A DNA stretch of 64,000 bases. Origin: Patellaria atrata CBS 101060 (taxonomy: Eukaryota). Position numbers and translations under genes: made by a program. Shown in pieces: positions 36,688 through 49,333 of the stretch (position 1 is its first letter; each line of letters starts with the position of its first letter). The notes under the pieces are model-generated. The model was given only the letters and a program-made list of their open reading frames with translations, was not told where the DNA came from and ran no database searches. The stretch is taken from the NCBI GenBank assembly GCA_010093705.1, contig MU006097.1, positions 135,905 to 199,904 of the forward strand, given 5' to 3'.

Positions 36688-39600
36688 GTAGGTATGTTCT
36701 GAGCTAAGACTCGGATATGAATCTATTTGGAAAGGTGGACCAGAAAGAAAGAGATCTGAGGGAGGAAAATGTGGAGGAGAACCCCGGCGTGTGCGGATTT
36801 GGTCTGGAAAGCTGAAATGTGAGTGGAGTGGGACTTGGATATTAAGTAGTAGTGCGGTTTCCTTGCTATGAGATCGGACTTGGAGACCTATACATCCGAG
36901 GGAGTCACATTTCCGTAGTTTCGTGTCCTTCGAGTCTGTTCCGACTGGTCCTTCTTCCGTTTGTTTGATATCTAGGTTGGATTATATGTCTCGGCCGGTT
37001 CGGGTAAGAGAGGGATAGCGGCTGCTACCTTAAGACGCGCAATAACTGTAATCGAGGGCTATTTGATACCCACCCTGCTAGCATATGATTACACGGTTAC
37101 TTCGAAGAAGTCATGAACTGGGTAAATCGAACGAGGCAGACTGTGATGATCGGTTGGGCCGTATCAGTTGAGTAGACTGTAGGAACGTTTGCATGGTACT
37201 CGTAGGGACGACGGGGCACAGCGGAATGAGTGTGCCAGATAGCATGATCTCAGAGTCATTATATATACAGACCGACTACACTATGATGAACGAATAGCTA
37301 TGCCTCGGAGGCCAAGACGAGCATTGTATTCAATGAGGCAGGGTACATGAGTTGAGGAGACCGTGCGGAAATATAGACTTTACCTCCTTATCCTGACCGA
37401 CTGTCAATGAGATGGAAGTAAACAGTACGAAAAGGCGCACAGATCCGCACATCTGATCTCGGAAAGTAGCAGTATATTATATATTCGACCAAAACCCGTC
37501 AGCACCTTTAATACCGCATGGGTAATAGCTAGCGTTTCCTTTGTCACTAGCCATTTCTGTATTAGGTAAAAGCCTAAGAAAGGCCGTCGGTTCGAATCAC
37601 GTCAACGCCATTTATTTTTAATTTTTTTAATTTTTGATCCGGCCTCTGATTTCCTTTTCTTTTGCTTGTAATTATTCTTTTACTTTATACTATAATGATG
37701 AGGCTTGAGATAGTGATTAATTAAGGGAAAGAGCAGAGGAGGTTTAGGGGGATCAGACGACTAGAAGGATCGAAAATTAGATGTAGATGATGGAATTCAT
37801 TATCACCCCTTCTACTATACATTACAACATCCACATTAACCTGTCTCTTCCTTCCGCTAACATATTGACCAAGTTTCGTGAGAGGGACTTTTCAATCTGA
37901 CAAGCACGAAGGTCTTTAAACACTGTTTGCCTTTTATTGTTAGAGCGATAGTAAAGGAAACCGAAAAACAAGGAACAATAGAGGATGATATAATGTGGTA
38001 AATACAATAAGCTAACTAGATACTCCATTTTAAACCGAAGTTGGCTCTGATGCTCGCTCAAAGGCAAAGTGTACATAATTTAGCGTTGCCATCTCAATCA
38101 CTTCTCTAATCAAACGCCTTCACAAAACATTTAAGTCTGCTATCAAGAGACCTATGTAGATAAAGATAAGAGCAGAAAGCCTTATACTCAGGAGAGCCTC
38201 CTAGAGCATTCATTTTCATTGAGTAAATTTGTCTTGCACGCTCCTCTGATAACCCGGGCACACCTCCTCGACTCTTGCTCGACACAAGTACGATTGTTAC
38301 CCGAGTCTAACTCTGGATCTAGAAATTTTGCGACGACCAGAATGTAACGAATACGTGGGTCCGTGGGAGCCGTCGTTCCTTTTTCGTCCTCCTTCCCCTT
38401 TTCGATGGTGGCGTTCCCTGCTTCCCCCCTTTTCCGCCTGAGTATTCTACCGTATCTTCAGTGAGAAAAGATAAAAGTAAGGAAATGGTAGTACTAGTAT
38501 AAGCGGACACTAGCTAGAGAATAAAATACACTGCGTCCCCCTTAGCTCATTCGTACTGAAGGATCCGAGGACTGCTTGAACCCTGATTTTGGCTATTTTC
38601 CCTACATGAGATGTTTTCGAAATGTGCTCTTCATTTCAAGCCTTCGAGGTTCGAGATTCTACCGGCAAAAGATTCTTTTCCAACTTTTCAAGCTAGGTTG
38701 GTAAGGAAGAATTCAAAAGGGAAGTTCATTTCCTGTGAGGTGCTCATCTCTCCTCTCCTAACGTCGTTTCCGGGAATCTTCTACGACAAAGCAGAAATGT
38801 TACCTCGTAAACAAAGTGTCTCTATTGGACTCTTGAGCTATTGCAGACTAATACCATTGTACGTCTAACGTATTTACAAATGATACTGAAGGGTTTGGGA
38901 CGCATGTCAAAGAAAAAACCGGTAAGAAAGACTTGACAAAGCAGACTCTTACTACTAAAGTAAAAATGTGAGTGGAGGAAGCATCGTGCTCTACACTTCA
39001 TGATACGATGCGGGCGCGGCGTGCCATGCAGCTAGACTCACTGTGAACGGACTATATCACAACAACAATGTAGATCACCAGTACACGTCTCTCTCTCATC
39101 CTTTTGAACTGAAGTTTATTGATAGAGCGCCAGGGAAGATTTTTGTAAGTGAAAGTAAAGAATACTCTGATTTTTTGAGATCTCTCAACCTGAGATGACG
39201 TGCCTTTAGAGCTACAATGAAGATAGGTCGCTTCATACGAGGCTAACCACTGTCCGCTAGACACCTTTTGCAGCGAATAAGCGCGAAGGCGTAGAGAGAT
39301 GGACAGGGTACAAGGGTTTTATATTTGATGTCCGTAGGCATCTCCGGGGAGTATAGAGTTGGTAAATTGCCAACAACTCAGCATCCGAACTGCGGTACTT
39401 GAACATATTATAACAAGTGGTTGTATACTCTAGAAGCTAGATGGTTTCCACAGGTCTTAAAGGACAACGCATCACATGTGATTTCAGGTATCCAGTTGAG
39501 CTCAGGACTTAAGGTGAGGTGTGAGGTAAGCATTGGCCCTTATCGGATTTATCACCGTCCCGCATGCCGACCCTTGATTTTATCACAAAGTTTGAAGATT

Positions 39601-40688
39601 TTGAGCCAATCAATCTTGCCGAGTGAGCCGGTTGACCAGCTCGGTGTGACCCCTGTTCTTCGGTATAGGCGGAGGCTTTCCTCAATCGAGACAACGATCT
39701 CCAAATTAAGCCTTATCAACAAATGACGACGGCTTCGGTTATTGATCGCGTGTTCATCTGACAAGCTTCAAAACGCACCGTTTCGATGGCTTTAGTTCTA
39801 AAGGACAAGATGGGAGGTCAAACGCCCGAGACCCCGAGAACTAGCTCTGCATGTCGTGTGCTTTTCGTCACAACCTGAAGAATGATGTACTTTATAGTTC
39901 AGCACACATAGAAATCACCATGTGTTCCTAGGCTACGTAGCTATTTGATACAAGTCGAATGAGACGATACCATGAGAAGCTAAGCTCTGACATTGAAATG
40001 GTGAAGTGGTGACACGCTGGCACGGTGTTAAGGCTGACTACTTGCAATCTCTATGACGGAATATGTACTACATCACTTTGCCATATGGGATAGATGCCAT
40101 TCTTTTAATAACCTAGCGTCTGCAGGAATGCCTACGGTACGACTTGTAAGTGTAAGGTTGCTGTATGTTATTATTCCAGACCTGCACTCCATCAGCCACC
40201 TACAGTACTCGTAAAAAGCTGCCTTGAGCTTCGTCAGCATTCACCTTAGCAAGCATCACTGGAGCTTCTCCACTAAGGTACTACTGCTTAAACCTTTTCT
40301 ACCTTAATTCCCTTCTTGCCCGCACTTGCCTTTAACCTCAAATTACTCGCAGCAGAAGCGCCGGGCGTTCAGGTAGCAGTTTTCCCCGCCAGCTCTTGCC
40401 TTTCCGACATATCCGCCTTCATATACGCATCGACAGCTCTACCGACGCGACCTAAACATTATCCTCAACCTTCAATCGCTCAACCTCACATTGTACCACA
40501 CACCTAGGTAGAGATTCAGAAAGCCTAACCTCTCACCGTTCCTTCTGAACGACCTCTCTCCCTAGTTCTCCTACACAGCTCTCAGCGTCTTTTCATTCAT
40601 AACCGCAGTCTCATTCTCTCGTTGAAACTCGATCCTTGGAAGACCGATATAGACCTTACGCGATACTCTCATTCACTTACGAGGAATC

Positions 40689-42135
40689 ATGGGAGCAGGA
40701 GCGTTCATAGAACCACTTGTAGTCCTGACACTATTATTCGGAGGAACTTGGATAAATCGAAACACGCAATATCGCATGTTCGGAAAACAGCAGCACAGGC
40801 GAATTATAATATCTGAAGGTAGAGATAGCTCTGATAGCATATTAGAATCGGGCTTGAATAGTCCCATCGATCCTCTTCTTGGACAGTCGCCTTCGAGATC
40901 AAGCTCGCCGTCTCTCCTAACCAGACAGGAGCCCAAATGGAGAAGAAGGGAGGTGAACTTCTTTGGGTTCAAGAAAGAGTTGACCTCTCCAAACACCAAG
41001 GTTTTCCAAGGTTATCTGCTGAGTAGATTACTCCAGAAATTCCCCTTCCTGGTTGAAGCATGGTATTGGGCCTTGATTTACTGGGTATGCCGCATTCCAC
41101 GGCCAATGAGACAACAGCATATTCTAACTATTTCCCTCAGGTTTATCAGCTTGGTCGCGCTTTTACTGCTGTCACTCTGGTTGAAGGGACTGTCAATGTG
41201 GCGCGGAAACATGCTCTACAGCTCATCCATATCGAGAAACGACTGCATATCTTCTTCGAGCTAGACGTTCAGCATTTCTTCTTGCAATATCCTATCTTGA
41301 TGCATTGGATCAACCGGATCTATTCGTTCATACACATCCCTGGAACCATTGCATTCCTTGTCTGGCTGTTCTATTTTACAACCACCCGAAACAGACTCGG
41401 TGAGCGCCAAAGTAACAAGGAGATTGGCCAAGTTGAAGGATCGCCCGCGGGACCCGCATTGTACGAAGCTAGAAGGCGAACAATGGCCGTTTGTAACCTC
41501 GTCGCGTTCGTAATTTTTACTCTATGGCCGTGCATGCCTCCTCGCCTGCTGAGCGACAAGGATGTATCAGGTTCAATTGGAGAAGAGGCTCGCAGTTATG
41601 GGTTCGTTGATACCGTCCATGGCGTTGAGGGTGAGAGTAGCGTCTGGACACAGAATAAATTCTGCAATCAATATGGTAAGTGAAGAAGAATGACCCACGA
41701 TACGTACCTGTAGACTTCTAACGTACTAAAGCGGCCATGCCTTCACTGCATTTCGGTTACTCCCTTCTCATTGGGCTCACCATCTGCACGATCCCTCTTG
41801 CGCCGCATCAACGTCGTTCAAGGGCTCTTCGAATCGCACCTCTTACGATCCGTCTGCCCTCTCCTCGTCGGCTTCTCTGCCTTGTTGTTGGGATCACATA
41901 TCCAGTTACTATCCTAACTGCCATCATAGCAACCGCTAACCATTTCATCCTCGACGCTGTAGCCGGTGCGATGGTCTGTGGTATCGCCTGGAACTTCAAC
42001 AGCATCCTCCTCAATCTTCTCGTGGTCGAAGACTACTTCTTATGGTGTGTACGGATCCATAAACCCCAACGATTCGTGGTGGATGTTCTAGAAGGGGAGG
42101 ATGACGAGTGGGTTCCCGGAAAGGGGATTCTGTGA
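40689..42135 (+). CDS. PAP2-superfamily integral membrane protein (Aur1/Ipt1 IPC-synthase-like)
   Basis: 3 exons; several TM segments; WPCMPPRLL, YGFVDTVH, NQY|AAMPSLHFGYS and TANHFILDAVAG catalytic-type motifs. Confidence 0.88.
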
Positions 42136-45100
42136 CCATGTCCAAGACTCAAATCGAGATCCTAACGGAAGCACATAATACGGAGTTATGAACATCTGTC
42201 CTGCTATGATACAAATGCATGAGATATGCGGGCGGTTACTATGCCAGACTTGGACTCTTGGTTGCATCTCCTGGCGTTTTCCCTTCTCTTTAATTCAGAG
42301 GTCTCAGTCTGTTTCTTGATACCCCATATCTCCCTTCCTGTAGAATGCTCTTGTGCATCGTGAGCGAAAGGAATATTCTGTATAAGTTAATCATAATGAA
42401 ATCACAATACTCTTGCTGGCTTCCACTACTACGCTTTTCGCCGCGTCTGACGCAGTTTCATTTCAGACCTAGATCTAGTGAAGTACAACACCAGTGGTAG
42501 AACAACGTAAATCCAAGAAACCGAAAATGCGTTGATTCTTTGTCTTATTTTTCTCTGAAAGATGGAGGGACGTCGTCGATATAGCGTCCAAAGTAGATCA
42601 ACAAGCGGCGGGTGGCGCCTACTGGAGCAATCCTTCCCTTTTCACTACCTTGTAATATGGCGCTTAGACGTTCATCCAACGACGGGACTCTTTCCTCTCG
42701 CACCTTCCCTACAATTCAGCTCACTATTACCTATAAATTTAACCAATCGTCAATGCTAACGTTGAGAAGAAGAGCGTCATATAGGATAAAGTACAGTACC
42801 TTAGAACCATTCACCTCCACCCACTAAACCCCCACATCATCCTCGCACTCTATCGCCACAGGTCAATCCCACCCAGTCCACCCTCATCAAGTGCGAAAGT
42901 ACAGCTAATTACCATCGACACTCGCTCCCGTCCCTTCATCTCCTCCTCAATCATGTCCAACGGTTACCAATCCCTTACACCGGTGATGTATCACTCCACC
43001 ATCCCGCTCCACCCGCTCTTTGATATCAGGTCGAGTGAAACTGAAGTGGCTGTCAATCGGGCGGGTAGCGCTGATGGCCATCGAGACCCATACTTACTTT
43101 CCCCCTCCCCGATCGTGGGCGCATCTCTCGTCCGCTCTACGCGTGCTATACGTACCATGCCGTACCCTTGACTTTTGCCCCTGCTGAGAGTTCCGGGGGC
43201 AGTACAGCTATGCTAGAAGCGTTGTCACCCGTACATGTACGGTTCCGGGAGGAGTTGTGATAGTGGATCCTCGCGGTGGTGGGACTTGGCCATGGTATGT
43301 TTGTAGTATGTATGATAGTTACTGATCACTTGTGCGTATTTTCCTGAGGGAGTGGGAGAAGGGTTGTGGATGGTGGGACTATGTGGGCTGATGAGTGGAA
43401 ACCGCTTCTAGGGTAGGTATGATAGCTTTTTGGATTCCGTGGACGGCGGTGGCGCGGATCGGCTGTTTGCTGTGCTTGTATGGTTAGCTAACATAGCTTC
43501 CACTTACCTCGCCTTATCAGGATAGAGGCCATTCCGGTCTCTCCTTATATATTCTTATATTTGGGCTCAGACTTTAATACTCCCTCCCCACTGCTGCGCC
43601 TTCTACATGAACCCTGGGCGAACCGACACCGTTAGCGTCACAGGTGAGCACTGTATGGTAAAAGGGCTGGCTAGTAGGAACCATAAGACGTGGAAGGAGG
43701 GAATATACCCCCAGAGGACGGCGGGAGAACTTGAAGCTCTGGCGAGACTGGAGTCCAGGAGTATTCTTCTTGGAGACACTTAGCATGTTTGAGAACCGTT
43801 TATCACACGGGGTCACCGGTGGAATATACGCTTCTAGTACTGGCAATGACATACTCTTGAATTCAACTCTGACCAGGATTAGCATAGTCTGTACAACTAA
43901 GTCGAAGACCTTCTTGCTAAAACTGTACGGATACTAACGACTCCTTCACCGTGGCGAACGGTACGGTATATCCGCAAATAACGTTAGCTTTATATCTGAT
44001 CTACGAACCGTTGGTCCGGTTATGCGGCGGTAGGTCGGGACATCCGCATCATATTCATCTCTACTGCATTCCAAGTCCCTCGATATCAGCAGAACAGCCA
44101 TTAGACACTCTATCGCGTACTTGGAGCCTACCGCGACCTTTGCGGAGCATCTCTACTGTTGACAGCACACAGGCGACCTTCAAGAACAACCCCGAAATCC
44201 CACCCCGGCTAGTCAGCAGGCAACGTCTACGGCCCACCGGGATTTTTAGAGGCTCAACAGTTTCTTCGGACGGCTGGGGCGTTGATTACGGTGGTGGACC
44301 GTTTTGATCTTCAGGGGAGGATATTAGGAGGCTTTCAGGAGAGTGAGTATCAGGCGCTTTCATAGTTCTGTCCCCTTGTCACTCGAAATGAAAATTCGGT
44401 AGAGAACGTGAGAAGTTCTTCCATCCAAGACCCTGCCACCCTGGGGAGGTTTTTGGGGTTCGTGCGAATCCAGTCAAAAATCACTGGATCGGTGTGTGAT
44501 GTGTACTAGAACACGGAAAGGAGGGTAGGGCTGGGGTTTAGGAGAACCGATATTAGGAGATCAAGGTACTAACGGAGTAAACTCTACTCTGAACTTGCCT
44601 GAGTTTGGATTTGATATCTGTTTACCTGAAATGCGTGCAAGCTTTCAGTTTTGGGTATCATTCCTTAGACTAGGATGGGAAGGTTACGAGGGACGCGGGC
44701 CCGGTGCCGGTGATGTATGTATCTCCCAATAGGGGCAGTTGTATTAAGCTGAGCGGAAATGTGGTATCTGAAGAGGGATTTGGCTTTCCCTGCTTCAGTT
44801 AGAAGCCAGATATCGCGAACGCACAATTTATTCCAGCTCGTCGTACAGTACAGTATACCCTTATCCAGATCAAGAATTACGCAAAGCTCGATAAAAAAAA
44901 AAACAGCAGTACTACCGCACAGTACCGGTGCTGTAGGAGTGACGGTGTACCGCCCCTTTCGGCATATGTCTTGATTCCCGGAGTCAGTACGGCTGAGTCG
45001 TGTATACGAATACCCGATTATTCGGCAGTGTACGCAGTTCTTCAAGTGCGGTCATTCCGTACGGTCTTATCGGTTTGCACCAAGGGGTCTTTCTTACGAG

Positions 45101-47795
45101 CCCTTAATTTATACAATTTGGTCATATTTTGCAGTACCGTCTTGTCCCTCTTTCGCGGATTCTATACGTAAGATATAAGGCACGTGAGACGTCAGTATGG
45201 CGGCTCGGCGACATTTGATTAGGTATGGCCATATACGGTCCCCGTTATTTGTATCATACATCGCTTCTAGTTGATCGGGGTTCATAGCAGCCATGATGAT
45301 TTCGAACTTCTTTTGAAAGATTGTATGGAGGGTAGCTGGCAATCGGGAGCCGTATCGAAGATGTGATTCCCTCGATCACTGTCGAGAATACTTGGGTGCT
45401 GTACGCTTGCTGTATACGCAACGGAGTACCGTCAGTTTCGGCCTATTGCTCGATTTTTAGGGCAAATATGGGTAAGTACTCTGTACAATCACTTCGGAAG
45501 TTTGTACATTGCGGTCCACGTACGTTGCACGTCATTTCTCTGATACTCAGAGATTTGCTGAACTGGCCGTTCTTTAGAATCCAGTGAGTTCTCATAGGCT
45601 ATTTCTTTCATATGATTTGGGTGTTAGCTGTGACAGAAGGTTAGGATTGAAATTGACCTCCTGATCATCCGTTTCATCGTAATCCACGTCTAACTCCTCA
45701 TCAAATGTCTTGTTGAGATTTTCGTAGCCTGTGTCCTCCCGTCTATCTTTCAGTTCTGATTCCATATTAAAGACGACGAATGTATATTCTGTGCGGAAAC
45801 TTGGTGCGGAGATTTAGTACAGTGGATCGTATTGAGGAGTAACGTCAACATGCAGTTCTTAGTGGGCATGTATCGGCATGTTCGAGTTGTATTATCCTGC
45901 TCAACGGCCTTTTCCATGTGGTCCTATGGAGAAGTTTCCCGGAGGGATCCCACAAATCAGAACGATTTGATTCTCGGCACAAGAACAGTTTCATCGGTGA
46001 GGTCGTACTATCTGATTTATTGGAGAGTAGCGGTGCAATCAACCGCATGTAGCGACTAAGTGAGGGTGGTAAAGCGTAGCAGAGGAGATGGTCCTTCATC
46101 TGTTTTGAGTAGATTCGGTCTAGTTTTCGCTTCATATTGCGCAATTCTAGATAGACGTTGTTCGGGAGATAATCGGAGGAAGAATCGGGTGTCTTGGAAG
46201 GAGACAAGGGGAGGGAGGGAGTTGGTTTTGGGATAAAAGTCTGAATGATACCCTCACCGTCAATTCTAGTAGTACGGTAGAATACTATGGTGTTGATTAG
46301 GGGTTATTCGAGGAGTAAGAGGTACGGACGCCGGGGACTAGATAGAAGCAAAAGAGTTAGAGCGTAATCGATCAACGTCGTCCGGAGTGGAAAGCAAAAC
46401 CTGTTGTAGAGCTGGTCGGACAACAAGGGGGAAGCGGAAGGTATGAGGGAGTTGGGGGGAAGAGGTGGGGTGCATGGCATGAAATATACCATCTCAGGAG
46501 AGCGCACAAGGGAAAAATAGAACATCTGGAAACGCAATGGCAGGTAAGGCTATCCACTTGAAACAAGTAGCAAAAGAAGAAATATGGCTCATAAAGGTAG
46601 AACCCAAGGTTTATTATATGAGCAATTAAACGGCATACGTTACTGTACTTTATTTAGGTAAAGATTTATATGTATACTGTTAAATTTTTCATTCTGCTCG
46701 TGGTACCCTTCATACACATACGAATAATAGAGCGAGTATGGGTAATGCATTCTAGTGACTGGTGTAGTAAGAGACAAGCTTCGCGCCTCAATTTGCGAAT
46801 CGCACGGAGTCCTAATAGACGAGATCAAACAATCAATTCTTGAGTTATATGCAATGAGATTTCTGATGAAAAAGGATAAAGCGATGGGGATGAGCTGGGA
46901 AAAGTCATGATAAGTAGTGAAGGAATGACAATATGAGAAAACTAATAACTCAATCGGGGAATTGGAGTTGCAAATTTCTTTTCTTGAGAACATATTTTAG
47001 AGAAATTTCACTGGGAGAAGAAACAAAACTGTGGGTTGACTGAACTTTCAATGTACATCGTGAGGGAGCATGTGCCGGAATGTTCCATTCTCTTTAGTGT
47101 CGAGCATAAGTCTCACGAAATTTAATCAATCCAAGCTACCCTGAAATACATCATATCACAGCAAGCACCCCACATATGAACAACCTCTTCACATTTCTTT
47201 CACTAAGCTACTCTACCCTAATTTATTCCCCCTCATGCTTTCGGCACACTAGCCAGTGCGCTGATCCCCCAATTACTCAAACCGTATAATTGCATCACTT
47301 GGGAAGCAAGAGAAAGAAGACTAAGCAAACCGATCCGGTCCCATTACGAATATGGGCTTCAAAAAAGCATGCGGCCATGATACACGAAAGAAAACCTGGT
47401 CAACATGTTCTTGCCACCGTGAACAGGAGACCAGTGTCAGAGAAACTAAAAGGTGTAGGGAAAACATCAAAGTATCGACCGGTCGCAAAACAGTGGTGTA
47501 TAAAGGATCCATGGCACTACCGAGCATGGACCCTCCCCTCTCCCCGGTGAACTTTTATTCGATAAGACAACGTTGCAATATTGGAGAGGTGCTGAAGTGT
47601 GTAATACGCAGACGACAAAGAGGACATAACAAGCAACACAGACGACCGCGCGCTTTGGGTGTTCCCAACACAAGAACGCCGTAAATGACATTGATACCAT
47701 GTAATGTGCCGCCTGAAAACGTAAATTTCGTGCAAAGGAGGAGAATGGGTGGCATTTTATCGAAATTCAGTTTTTCCTCCTGCTGGTTGTTTTCG

Positions 47796-49024
47796 TTATA
47801 TCAGACCGCACATACGCAGGTTCTCTTGAATAATGATGTCTGCATGTACCATTAGTTCCACACTTTAGCCTGAATATGACCAGCCAATACTTACCATTTA
47901 CCGCTGCCATGACGAAGCGAATTTGCATGGTGTCTGTAGCGCATGTGAAATGCGTGTAAATTTGCTTGGTCTCATGTTGATTTAATGATACAAAGCGGTT
48001 GAGGATATAGTCGCAGGCGTTGTTGTAGTCAGCACCACCCTCATAGTCGGGGAAGTAACTTTTCATTGGGCTGATTGGCAGCTTCTCCTTGAATCGATCG
48101 ATCTTGTTGAGAAACAAGATAATGGACGTCTTTACGAACCATCTCGAATTGCAGATGGAATCAAACAAAGTCAAAGCTTCTTGCATACGGTTGACAGTCT
48201 CATCTTCGAAAAGAAGCTGATCATATTCAGAGATGGCAACGAGAAAAAGAATTGTCGTCACGTTCTCGAAGCAATGGATCCACTTCTTTCGTTCGGACCT
48301 TTGCCCACCGACATCGAACATGCGGTATGTGAGGTCCCCAATAATGAAAGTGGTTTCGGTGATACCGGTGGTCTTGACACGCGACCTAAGCACATCTTGA
48401 TCGTTGGGAATGTAGTCTGGAGAGGCGATACGTTCAATTGAGTCGAAGTAGCTATAATTTGTAAGTAGAAGTAACGAGGAATAAACTAGTGCATCCCTAT
48501 CAAAGATACTCACTATTTGGCCGAGTCATTGAGCTGGTATTCCCTAGAGCGGTGGAAACATTGTTGTACGCCAGCATCCTTCCACAGGGTAGCGATAGCG
48601 TTACCCACCTCTGGGGGAAGACTGTCTCCTTCGATCTGAGCCGGTTGCATGAAAATGGTCTGCACATGATATTCCGCTTGATGATCATCTAGAGGTAGTT
48701 CCAACGACTCCATAGCTTCCAAAATCACTCGCATGGATTGGACCGTGTTACTGAAGATGATTTCTTTGAACGACTCCCTCTCATCTCGCGAATAGCCTCC
48801 CTCGTGGATGAGCTTCATCTGCTTCAAGATAGTAGACTTGCCAGATTCACCAGCGCCTGCAAAATCCATCAGACTAATAAACATACAAGTCGTAGGATGA
48901 ACTTACCAAGAAGGAGCATCTTGATCTCATTCCTCTGCATCATCTTGTCTCTTTTGAGTTGGTTCTCGATCTCCTCATTTCTCTGCTTCCCCTCCTTCTC
49001 CTCAGTGCTCATGCCACAACCCAT
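47796..49024 (-). CDS. fadA: Heterotrimeric G protein alpha subunit, class I (FadA/GNA-1/Gpa1 type)
   Basis: [78 protein letters not shown]. Confidence 0.97.
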
Positions 49025-49049
49025 CTTGAATGCGCAAGGATATTAAAGT

Positions 49050-49333
49050 CTGGACGAAAGGGCAACGGGATGTTAAGAAGAGAGGTTAAAGAAGGGTTTG
49101 CAAATTGTGAAGATCTGGTACTGCCCTTCACGTCAGCACAAATCGCAAATAGGCCTGTGGTGTACACGTGAGTTGCAACGAGCAGGAATGCAGTGCAGGC
49201 AGTAGAGTGGGCGTCGATAGCCAATTATTGACAGAAGAGTTAGACCAGGTCCTTGGATGGACGTCGTCGCGAGGTGAGAGCGAGTGTTGCAGGGCAAGTT
49301 TGGAGTAAGGTGCGGCGGAGTGAGGAGGCTCAC
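49050..49333 (-). other. Probable 5'-UTR intron of the G-alpha gene
   Basis: Minus-strand donor AAG|GTGAGC at 49333, branch CTTAAC and pyrimidine-rich TTTCGTCCAG acceptor ending 49050, 25 nt before the ATG. Confidence 0.55.

Noticed and set aside
37530..37640. GGTTCGAATC followed by CCA and T-runs, tRNA-like
   Set aside because: The T-stem and acceptor stem do not pair, and no D-arm or anticodon arm can be folded.
18734..49024. RasGEF, arrestin and G-alpha as a signalling cluster
   Set aside because: Spread over 30 kb with unrelated genes between; no evidence beyond chance.
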